From: Planctomycetota bacterium
GTDB taxonomy: Bacteria; Planctomycetota; UBA1135; UBA2386
Reading direction: 5' to 3'
Length of the DNA: 13,283 bases
NCBI GenBank assembly: GCA_947501605.1
Contig: CANMWZ010000059.1
Location: 1-13,283 of the forward strand
Shown: positions 1-7,160 of the stretch, piece after piece
How the letters are laid out: every line of letters starts with the position of its first letter
How positions within the stretch are numbered: position 1 is the first letter of the stretch
The notes under the pieces: model-generated
What the model was told of the DNA's origin: nothing
The model's input: the letters and a program-made list of their open reading frames with translations, nothing else
Database searches by the model: none
Position numbers and translations under genes: made by a program

Positions 1-870
1 TGCGGTTTTCTGGTCGAGCACGGGCTTCTGACCCTGCACCAACAGCGGCAGGATCCGCGCTCGCCGGGCCAGAACGAGCGGGTCCGTGCCCGCTTGCTGC
101 AGCACGGTGAGCGCCCGCTGGGCCCGGTCGCCTTCGCCTGCCGCGAGCACCGCCGCGAGCGCGCGCACAAGCCTTCGACCGACAACTTCGTTCTGCCCCT
201 TGCCGGCAAAGGCCGCCGCGAGCGGTTCGAGGTCCTCGCTGCGCGGCGCTTCGGTCACCGCGTCGAGCACGCAACTGCGGACGGCGACGAACGGCTCGTC
301 GAGCAACAGCCGCAGCGCATCGGCCCGCACCGGCGCGCCTTCGAGAAAGGCCACCGCCGCCGACTCGCGGATCGGCGCGCTGGCGTCGCGCAGCAGCTTC
401 TTGAGCTTGTCCGCTTCGGCAAACCCAGAATGACCGCGCAAGACCAAGCCTAGTGCTTCCTGCGCAGCGACCTGCGTCTTGCCCTTGCACTGCTTGTAGA
501 TCGCATTGGCACTTTCGACCGGATCGATCGCCGCCGCCGCCAGCGCCGCCGCACGACGCACACGGACGACATCGCCATCGACCGCTAGGTCGATCAGCGC
601 CCGCAACCCCGACTTGCCCTTCATCGTGCCGAACGCGGTGGCGGTGCGTTCTTGGATCTCCCAATCGCGGTCGGCAAGCAGCGGCAGCAGCAGGGCCTCG
701 GCGTCCTTCTTGCCGGACGTCGCAACCCAGTCGATCGCGAGCACACGCGTCTCGACGACCTTGGCTCGCAGGTCTGCCGTCCGATCGCCGGGCACGGCCT
801 GCGCTTGGAGCACGGTGGCGAGGGCAGAGCCGAGTAGTAACCAAACGAAGAGCGAGGATGGGCGGCACAT
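1..870 (-). CDS. Secreted HEAT-repeat (alpha-solenoid) protein, 3' end outside the window
   Basis: Manual translation (not in the ORF track because it runs off the edge). ATG at 870, open for 290 codons to base 1: MCRPSSLFVWLLLGSALATVLQAQAV (signal-peptide-like), then HEAT-like segments LLPLLADRDWEIQERTATAFG, DGDVVRVRRAAALAAA, LKKLLRDASAPIRESAAVAF, LLLDEPFVAVRSCVLDAV. Confidence 0.8.
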   Translation of the reverse strand, partial: MCRPSSLFVWLLLGSALATVLQAQAVPGDRTADLRAKVVETRVLAIDWVATSGKKDAEALLLPLLADRDWEIQERTATAFGTMKGKSGLRALIDLAVDGDVVRVRRAAALAAAAIDPVESANAIYKQCKGKTQVAAQEALGLVLRGHSGFAEADKLKKLLRDASAPIRESAAVAFLEGAPVRADALRLLLDEPFVAVRSCVLDAVTEAPRSEDLEPLAAAFAGKGQNEVVGRRLVRALAAVLAAGEGDRAQRALTVLQQAGTDPLVLARRARILPLLVQGQKPVLDQKTA

Positions 871-1094
871 GGCGGTTGTCCGACGGCGTGAGGAAGGGCG
901 GAGTCTAGTGCGAGCGATAGGAGCGGCAACGCCGACGGCCGACGAGGGGCAGCAGGGCCTCGCGCCGTCGCTCTCTTGGAGTGCCCCAAGCCAAGACTGG
1001 CCGACGCCTGTCGCGCCGAAACAGCGAGTCTTCTTGGACCTGCGAGCCGACTGCTGGCCCCCTGGAATTTGTCCGGGCCCTTCCCCTGCGCGAA

Positions 1095-1128
1095 CACTTG
1101 TCTGCCACCTGTCATTTCGGAAACTGAC
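1095..1128 (+). promoter_or_regulatory. Candidate operator upstream of the DGQHR gene: 11-bp-spaced direct repeat plus imperfect palindrome
   Basis: CACTTGTC (1095-1102) and CACCTGTC (1106-1113); GTCA-TTTC-G-GAAA-C-TGAC (1111-1128), ending 12 nt before the SD. Confidence 0.35.
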
Positions 1129-1140
1129 CCTCTAACCACC

Positions 1141-1146
1141 AGGAGG
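1141..1146 (+). promoter_or_regulatory. Shine-Dalgarno sequence of the DGQHR gene
   Basis: AGGAGG, 5 nt before ATG 1152. Confidence 0.85.
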
Positions 1147-1151
1147 CCCCC

Positions 1152-2282
1152 ATGTTCGCGTTGCGTATGCGTCAGAAGGAGTCTGAGTTCTACTTCGTCA
1201 GCTATCCCGCTGAAGACTTGCTCAAGAAGGTGCGCTTCGTGTCGCGCTTCTACGGCGAGCGCGGCGAGTCGATCGGCGGCGAGCAACCGAAGAAGCAGAG
1301 TGGGCCCGACGACGTCGAGCGCTACGTGCAGGCGATCGAGAAGAACAGCGGCTCGTTCCAACGCGACCTCAACCAGAGAAAGGTCCGCCAGATCAAAGAC
1401 TTCTACCGCAACGAGACGCGGCAACCGGTGATCCCCGGCGCGGTGCTCCTGTTCACGCCAGAGAAGCTCGAGTTCCAGCCGCTGCGCGGCATGGAGCGCG
1501 CCGGCAACCTGGTGGAGCCGCGCCAGGAGTTCCTGATCATCGACGGCCAACACCGCCTCGCGGGGTTGCACTTCTACCTGCAAGAGAAGGACGCCGATCG
1601 CCGCGTCGAAGTTCCGGTCGTGATCTTCGATGGCAAGACCGCGGACTTCGCGACCGAGATGTTCGTGGTGATCAACAGCACGCACACGCGCATCAACAAG
1701 TCGCACCTCATCGACCTCTACGAACGCATCGAGTGGGGCACGGACCCGGACAAGAAGTACGCGGCGCAGCTGGTGCGTTCGCTCTACGAGAACGACGACT
1801 CGCCGCTGCAGTACCACATCAACATGCTCGGCGGTCGCAGCGGCCAGGAGATGTGGATCAACCAGGCACAGCTGTTCAGCGAAGTGCTGCGGCTCGTCGG
1901 GCACAAGGCGGCGAAGGCTCGCTTCGAAGACGGGCGCGGTCGCAGCAAGGATCGCGGCTACGGCTTCGTGCGCGACGTGCTCAAGGCCTGCCGCGCGGGC
2001 TTTGGCGACGCGTGGGGCGACAATCGGGATTACATGGTCACGCGCGACGTGACGATCGGCGCGATGATCCGTCTCGTGGCGGATGCAGCGGCGCACGTCG
2101 ATGCGTCGCTGGCGCCTGGACCGGAGCTGCAGAAGGCACTGGAGGCGCGCTTTCGTCCGCTGGCCGAGATCGTGCGCGAGTTCCGCCGCGAAGGCTTCTG
2201 GGAACGCTTCCCCGCACGCGGGCAGCAAGAGCGCATCGACATCATCCGGAAGCGCATCGCGCGCGAAGCGAAGCTGGCGTGA
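1152..2282 (+). CDS. DGQHR-domain protein (DndB/ParB-like superfamily), 376 aa
   Basis: Family motifs FQR (GSFQRDLN), IIDGQHRLAGL and FxxIN (EMFVVINS); strong SD; strongly GC3-biased codons. Confidence 0.9.
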   Translation: MFALRMRQKESEFYFVSYPAEDLLKKVRFVSRFYGERGESIGGEQPKKQSGPDDVERYVQAIEKNSGSFQRDLNQRKVRQIKDFYRNETRQPVIPGAVLLFTPEKLEFQPLRGMERAGNLVEPRQEFLIIDGQHRLAGLHFYLQEKDADRRVEVPVVIFDGKTADFATEMFVVINSTHTRINKSHLIDLYERIEWGTDPDKKYAAQLVRSLYENDDSPLQYHINMLGGRSGQEMWINQAQLFSEVLRLVGHKAAKARFEDGRGRSKDRGYGFVRDVLKACRAGFGDAWGDNRDYMVTRDVTIGAMIRLVADAAAHVDASLAPGPELQKALEARFRPLAEIVREFRREGFWERFPARGQQERIDIIRKRIAREAKLA

Positions 2283-2284
2283 GG

Positions 2285-2322
2285 GCGGGGCTTGGCGACG
2301 CGCCCCGCGACCGCACGTCGCC
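2285..2322 (+). other. Interleaved inverted repeats (H-type pseudoknot topology) filling the gap between convergent genes; possible 3'-end or termination structure
   Basis: GCGGGGC (2285-2291) pairs with GCCCCGC (2302-2308); GGCGACG (2294-2300) pairs with CGTCGCC (2316-2322). No U-tract. Confidence 0.45.
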
Positions 2323-2323
2323 G

Positions 2324-3595
2324 TCAGTCGGGCTGCCAGAGCCGCGCGATCGGCAGTGCGAGCACGTTCTTGCCGATGCGCCAGCCGCTGCGCCCCGTGT
2401 GCAGCACCACGCCTGTGACCTGATCGTGGCCGAGCTTTCGTGACAGCGCGTTGATTCCGCGCAAGTCATCGGCGCGCACGTCCGCCGCCGACTTGACCTC
2501 GATCGCCACCACCGAACCGTCCACACGTTCGATCACGAGATCGACCTCGTCGCCGTCGTGCGTGCGCCAATGCCCCACATCGACCGGCGCCTCGAGCCAG
2601 TGAGCCTGCTTCTGGATCTCTCCCACGACAAAGGTCTCCAACAAGTGGCCGAACTGCTGCAGCGCACTCGGCCGCGCAGCGAGCAACTTCTCCTTCGTCA
2701 CCCGGAGAAGCCTCGACGCGAGGCCGGTGTCGACGAAGTGGACCTTCGGAGTCGACGCCGCGCGCGACAGCAGAGTTGTGCCCCAGGCCGGCAACACGTG
2801 GTGCAGGAACACGGCTTCGAGCAGCCGCAGGTAGTCCTCGACCGTGTTCCTGTCCGCGCCGAGTCCCCGAGCGATCTCGGTCGTGTTCAGCAGTTGACCG
2901 GTCCGCGCAGCCACTGCCGCCGCGAGCCTCGGCAGGATCACGCGACGGCGCACCTTGGCGATCTCGGCGACGTCCTTTTCCAACGTGAGCTGAACGTACT
3001 GGTCGAACCAACGCGCCCGCGCCGCCGCTGTCGGTAGGCGGAGCGCCATCGGCATCCCGCCGCTCACCGTGCGCTCCGCGTAGCCAGCACGATCCTCGTC
3101 GACGTCGCCCAAGGATGGCTCACCACCAGCAGCGAGCCGGGCGACGAAGCTCTCCTCGGTGCCGAGCAACTCCCCTTGACTGAGCGGCCACAGCGGAACG
3201 ATGTCGACGCGGCCGGTGAGCGACTGGGCGATCGCGGGCACCGAGCCGTAGCGCGTCGAGCCCGCGAGCACGAAACGACCGGGCCGGCTGTCGCGATTGA
3301 GCAACCGCTTGATGACCTCCAGGGCCTCGGGCGCTCTCGCATACTCATCGATCAGCACTGGGCGTTCGGCATCGAGGAAGCGCATGGGATCCGCAACCAC
3401 CGCTCGCACCACGGCAGGATCATCGAGGTCCAACACTTCGCTCCCCAGCACGGTTGCCATCGACGCCAGAACGGTCGATTTCCCGCTGGCGCGCGGGCCT
3501 ACCAGCGCCACCACAGGCGACGTCGTAACTCGTTGCAAGGCAACGTCGAGAACGCGCCTTGCCACGGGCTTCTTGAGCTGGAAGATGCGGGACAT
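2324..3595 (-). CDS. COG1373-type ATP-binding protein (AAA_14 ATPase + DUF4143 with C-terminal PD-(D/E)xK-like fold), about 423 aa
   Basis: Walker A GPRASGKST, Walker B VLIDEY, LAGST, SLTGR, GGMP; HTH-like LNTTEIARGLGADRNTVEDYL; PKVHFVDTGL; EVDLVIE...VAIEVKS. Start placed at ATG 3595 (MSRIFQ); the ORF-track extension to 3649 runs through the repeats. Confidence 0.88.
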   Translation of the reverse strand: MSRIFQLKKPVARRVLDVALQRVTTSPVVALVGPRASGKSTVLASMATVLGSEVLDLDDPAVVRAVVADPMRFLDAERPVLIDEYARAPEALEVIKRLLNRDSRPGRFVLAGSTRYGSVPAIAQSLTGRVDIVPLWPLSQGELLGTEESFVARLAAGGEPSLGDVDEDRAGYAERTVSGGMPMALRLPTAAARARWFDQYVQLTLEKDVAEIAKVRRRVILPRLAAAVAARTGQLLNTTEIARGLGADRNTVEDYLRLLEAVFLHHVLPAWGTTLLSRAASTPKVHFVDTGLASRLLRVTKEKLLAARPSALQQFGHLLETFVVGEIQKQAHWLEAPVDVGHWRTHDGDEVDLVIERVDGSVVAIEVKSAADVRADDLRGINALSRKLGHDQVTGVVLHTGRSGWRIGKNVLALPIARLWQPD

Positions 3596-3616
3596 CCGAG
3601 GAGAGACTCTATCGGC

Positions 3617-3681
3617 TAACCCGCAACTTCGAGCCGACTTAACCCGCAACTTCGAGCCTGCTGGCAGCCCAATTCCGAGGC
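3617..3681. repeat. Tandem direct repeat with 23-bp period (2 exact 19-bp copies + 1 degenerate copy)
   Basis: TAACCCGCAACTTCGAGCC at 3617-3635 and 3640-3658; third copy in register at 3663-3681 (GGCAGCCCAATTCCGAGGC, 10/19 matches). Confidence 0.85.
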
Positions 3682-3717
3682 CCGGGTGCGGGTCCCTGCT
3701 CCAGCCGGACTTCCGCC

Positions 3718-4488
3718 TCAGCTCTTGCCGCCGCGCGACTCCACCACCCGCCGCTCACGCTCGGCGCGCTCCGCGACCGACCCCGCCGGTTCCGCCTCGC
3801 GCGACGGGCACAGCTCAGCGAGCGGGCACTGTTCACACTGCGGGTTCTTGGCGAGGCAAACGTAGCGGCCGTGCAGCAGGATGCGGTGACCACCGTCGGT
3901 CCACTCCTCCTGCGGGACCTGGCGACACAGGTCCTGCTCGATCGGTTCGGGCTTGGTCGCGGCCGTGAGTCCGAGGCGCTGCGACACGCGCATCACGTGC
4001 GTGTCGGTCGCGATGCCGAGTGCGATGCGATGCGCGGTGCCGAGCACGACGTTGGCGGTCTTGCGCGCGACGCCGGGCAGAGCGGTCAACTCCTCCATCG
4101 ACTTCGGCACCGCGCCGCCGTGGCGTTCGCAGAGCAGCAGACTGCACTCCTGGATCGCCTTCGCCTTGTTGCGGAAGAAGCCGGTCTTGTGCACGGCTTG
4201 CTCCACCTCCTGGCGCGGCGCCGCGGCGAGCATCGCGGGCGTCGGCCACTTCGCGAACAGCGCGGGCGTCACCGAGTTGACGATCTTGTCCGTGCTCTGC
4301 GCGCTGAGGATCGTCGCGATCAGCAACTGGAACGGCGAGTCGTGGTCGAGTTCGCAGTAGGGCTCGGGGATCGCCAGTTGGAGCACGCGCAGGAGGTCTG
4401 CGACCCTGCTCGCGGGCATCGCTGTCGAAGACATCGCGGTCGATGACCTCGTGCTCGTCTCGACCGAGGGCTTCTTCTTGGCGGCCAT
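3718..4488 (-). CDS. nth: Endonuclease III (HhH-GPD DNA glycosylase with 4Fe-4S cluster), 256 aa
   Basis: SPFQLLIATILSAQSTD, GFFRNKAK, HhH LPGVARKTANVVL, catalytic Asp in TDTHV, FeS motif C-x6-C-x2-C-x5-C (CLAKNPQCEQCPLAELC). ATG 4488 with AGGAG SD. Confidence 0.95.
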   Translation of the reverse strand: MAAKKKPSVETSTRSSTAMSSTAMPASRVADLLRVLQLAIPEPYCELDHDSPFQLLIATILSAQSTDKIVNSVTPALFAKWPTPAMLAAAPRQEVEQAVHKTGFFRNKAKAIQECSLLLCERHGGAVPKSMEELTALPGVARKTANVVLGTAHRIALGIATDTHVMRVSQRLGLTAATKPEPIEQDLCRQVPQEEWTDGGHRILLHGRYVCLAKNPQCEQCPLAELCPSREAEPAGSVAERAERERRVVESRGGKS

Positions 4489-4490
4489 CG

Positions 4491-5195
4491 TCACACTCCT
4501 TCTTCGCGCGCCCCGAACACGTCCGTCCCGATTCGCACCATCGTCGCACCGTGCGCGACCGCGATCTCGAGGTCGGCGCTCATGCCCATGCTGAGCACGT
4601 CGAGCGCGAGCCCCGTTCGCTGCCGCAGATCGCGCAACATCGCAGCCACGCGCGCGAACACCGGCGCCGGGTCGCCCTCGAGCGGCCCCATGGCCATGAG
4701 CCCCTTCAATTCGAGGTTCGGGCAACGAGCGCGAACGTGCTCTACGAGCGCGGCGACATCCACCGGCAGACACCCGTGCTTGGTTGCTTCTCCGGTCGCA
4801 TGCACCTGGATCAGAACCGCCAGCGAACGACCGCGCGCGGCCAGTTCGTCCTGCAGCACATCGGCGAGCTTCGGCCGATCGAGGCTGTGCAGCATCGCGA
4901 GTCCATGGACATCGAGCAACACCGCGACCTTGTTGGTCTGTAGCGAGCCGATCATGTGCCATTGCAGGCCGTCAAGATCGCAGACCTCACTTGCCTTCAT
5001 CGCGAGTTCTTGCACGCGGCTCTCGCCAAACACCCGCTGCCCCGCGTCGTGAGTGGCGCGCACGGCATCGGCCGGATGAAACTTGCTGACCGCCATCAAT
5101 GCGACCGAGTCGGCAGGGCGCTGCGAAGCTACGGTCGCGGCGTGGATGCGCGCCCGCACCACGGCGAGGCGCTGAATGACTTCGCTGCGTTCCAT
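4491..5195 (-). CDS. yggS: YggS/PLPBP family pyridoxal phosphate homeostasis protein, 234 aa
   Basis: AVSK (PLP lysine), FGESRVQE, WHMIGSLQTNK, LKGLM, LSMGMSAD, VRIGT. Confidence 0.95.
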   Translation of the reverse strand: MERSEVIQRLAVVRARIHAATVASQRPADSVALMAVSKFHPADAVRATHDAGQRVFGESRVQELAMKASEVCDLDGLQWHMIGSLQTNKVAVLLDVHGLAMLHSLDRPKLADVLQDELAARGRSLAVLIQVHATGEATKHGCLPVDVAALVEHVRARCPNLELKGLMAMGPLEGDPAPVFARVAAMLRDLRQRTGLALDVLSMGMSADLEIAVAHGATMVRIGTDVFGAREEGV

Positions 5196-5205
5196 GCGCG
5201 CCGCC

Positions 5206-5574
5206 TCAGTCGCGAGACTCGGCCCAGTGTGCGGTCATCGAGCCCGGAAAGCGCACGCGACCGCGACGCAGCAGCACGGACTTACCGGGGAAATCGAAGC
5301 CGGCGAGCAGCGCATCCCACGCTTCGTAGTGGTCGCACTCCATCACCCAGACCTGCAACGCGTGCTGCACACGGCCATCGCCCCGGTGCTTGTCGCCGAG
5401 GTGGCGCGCGACGTTCTTCATGAACGACTCGGTTTCGCTCGCAAACGTCGACGAGGTGACCTCCTCAGGCCGAAACTCGAACTGTTCTATCAGTTGCTCG
5501 CGGTAGGCGATGGCCACCTGACGCAGCGACGCGCCGAGCAGCACGTCCTCAACCGCTCGCTTCATGTGCATCAT
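5206..5574 (-). CDS. Hypothetical protein, about 122 aa
   Basis: Protein-like ORF that fills the purH-yggS gap on the same strand (5 nt after the purH stop, 10 nt before the yggS ATG). Alternative starts: TTG 5583, ATG 5571. No recognised motif. Confidence 0.75.
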   Translation of the reverse strand: MMHMKRAVEDVLLGASLRQVAIAYREQLIEQFEFRPEEVTSSTFASETESFMKNVARHLGDKHRGDGRVQHALQVWVMECDHYEAWDALLAGFDFPGKSVLLRRGRVRFPGSMTAHWAESRD

Positions 5575-5579
5575 GGGGA

Positions 5580-7160
5580 TCAATGTCGGAAGTGACGCAT
5601 GCCGGTGAACATCATCGCCGCCTGCGCGGCATCGGCTGCGGCGATCACTTCAGCGTCGCGCTTGCTGCCGCCAGGCTGAATGACTGCGGTGACGCCAGCG
5701 TCGAGGCAGACCTGCAGACCATCCGCGAATGGGAAGAACGCGTCGCCGGCAACCACCGAGCCTGCGGCGCGATCACCGGCCTTGTGCACCGCGATTCGCG
5801 CCGAGTCGACCCGGCTCATCTGGCCAGCACCCACGCCAACCGCGCAGTAGCTGCCGTCGTCGCCACCGCGCGCCAGCACGATTGCATTCGACTTCGTGTG
5901 CTTGGCCACCGCCCACGCGAACCACAGTGCACCGGTCTCTGCCGCCGTTGGGGACCGCTGCGTCACGACCTGCTTCTGGGGCGCCTCGCGCGGCTGGTCC
6001 GCAGTCTGCATCAGGAATCCACCGGACACCTGCCGACCGACGAAGCGATTGCGCGCATTGGCATCGGGCAGGCCGCCCAGTTCCAGAACGCGGACGCTCT
6101 TGCCCCACGTCGCTTTCTGCAGCACCTGCAGTGCAGCTTCGTCGACTTGCGGTGCCACGATCACTTCAAGGAAGGTCCCGGTCCCCACCAGCACTTCGGC
6201 CATCGCCGCGTCGAACAGGCGATTGGTCGCGAGGATGCCGCCAAACGCGGACACCAGGTCGCCGGCGAGCGCCAACTCGATCGCGCGCACCGACGTCTTC
6301 GCCGTCGCCGCGCCGCACGGATTGTTGTGCTTTACGACCACGCACCCAGGCTCGTGAAACTCGAGCACGAGGCCGAGCGCGGCGTCGGCATCGAGGATGT
6401 TGTTGTAGCTCAGTTCCTTACCAGTCCGCTGCCGCGCACTGGCGAGGTTCGGGCCGCGATCGCCAAAGCTGTAAAAGGACGCGATCTGGTGCGGGTTCTC
6501 GCCGTAGCGGAGGTCCTGCAACTTCTCGCCGCCAAGACTCACACGCTGCGGAAAGAACGGCTCACCCGACATCGTGCGCCGTTCGCAGTCGAACCAACCA
6601 GCGATCGCCGCGTCGTAAGCCGCCGTGTGCGAAAACGCCTTCGCCGCCAGCTTGCGCAGCAGATCCTGCGGCACGCGGCCACCGTTGTCGCGCAGCGCCC
6701 GCAGCACCGTGGTGTAGTCCGCGGGATCGACGACGACGGCGACGTGGGCGTGATTCTTCGCCGCGCTGCGGATCATCGCCGGGCCGCCGATATCGATGTT
6801 CTCGACCACGTCGGCGCGCGCGACGCCGGCCTTGGCAGCGGTCTCGCGGAAGCGGTAGAGATTGACGCACAGCAGGTCGATCGGCTCGATGCCGTGCGCC
6901 GCCATGGACGCGACGTGGCCAGCGTCGTCGCGACGACCAAGCAGGCCGCCGTGCACCTTGGGATGCAGCGTCTTGATGCGGCCGTCCATCAGCTCGGGGA
7001 ACCCGGTGTAATCCGCGACCTCGGTCACCTCGATCTCGGCTTCGGCGAGCGCCTTCTTCGTGCCGCCGGTCGAGAGGATGCCGAACCCGAGCTCGTGGAG
7101 TCCTTGCGCGAACTCCACCACTCCCGACTTGTCGGTGACCGAGATCAGGGCTCTGCGCAT
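5580..7160 (-). CDS. purH: Bifunctional AICAR transformylase/IMP cyclohydrolase
   Basis: RALISVTDK, LSTGGT, GRIKTLHPKVHGGLL, IDIGGPAMIRSAAKNH, LRYGENPHQ, KELSYNN, KHNNPCG, SAFGG, GAGQMSRVDS, DAFFPFADG, QPGGS, C-terminal RHFRH. The start overlaps the prfB stop (GTGATG; alternative GTG at 7163). Confidence 0.97.
   Translation of the reverse strand: MRRALISVTDKSGVVEFAQGLHELGFGILSTGGTKKALAEAEIEVTEVADYTGFPELMDGRIKTLHPKVHGGLLGRRDDAGHVASMAAHGIEPIDLLCVNLYRFRETAAKAGVARADVVENIDIGGPAMIRSAAKNHAHVAVVVDPADYTTVLRALRDNGGRVPQDLLRKLAAKAFSHTAAYDAAIAGWFDCERRTMSGEPFFPQRVSLGGEKLQDLRYGENPHQIASFYSFGDRGPNLASARQRTGKELSYNNILDADAALGLVLEFHEPGCVVVKHNNPCGAATAKTSVRAIELALAGDLVSAFGGILATNRLFDAAMAEVLVGTGTFLEVIVAPQVDEAALQVLQKATWGKSVRVLELGGLPDANARNRFVGRQVSGGFLMQTADQPREAPQKQVVTQRSPTAAETGALWFAWAVAKHTKSNAIVLARGGDDGSYCAVGVGAGQMSRVDSARIAVHKAGDRAAGSVVAGDAFFPFADGLQVCLDAGVTAVIQPGGSKRDAEVIAAADAAQAAMMFTGMRHFRH

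Noticed and set aside
621..2228. 535-aa minus-strand ORF
   Set aside because: Antisense shadow of the DGQHR gene caused by GC3 bias; no motifs, and it is out of frame with the real HEAT gene.
2280..2423. Stop-codon readthrough or -1 frameshift of DGQHR stimulated by the pseudoknot
   Set aside because: The spacer is only 2 nt, there is no slippery heptamer, and the extension is a short antisense reading of the ATPase gene.
3617..3681. Mini CRISPR array
   Set aside because: Repeats are 19 bp with 4-nt gaps, no spacers, and no cas genes in the window.
4415..4450. SSTAM x2 micro-duplication in the Nth N-terminal tail
   Set aside because: Short slippage repeat in a low-complexity extension; no functional implication visible.
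4489..4962. N-terminal extension of nth in the 414-aa ORF
   Set aside because: Overlaps yggS in another frame; the real start is ATG 4488 with an AGGAG SD.
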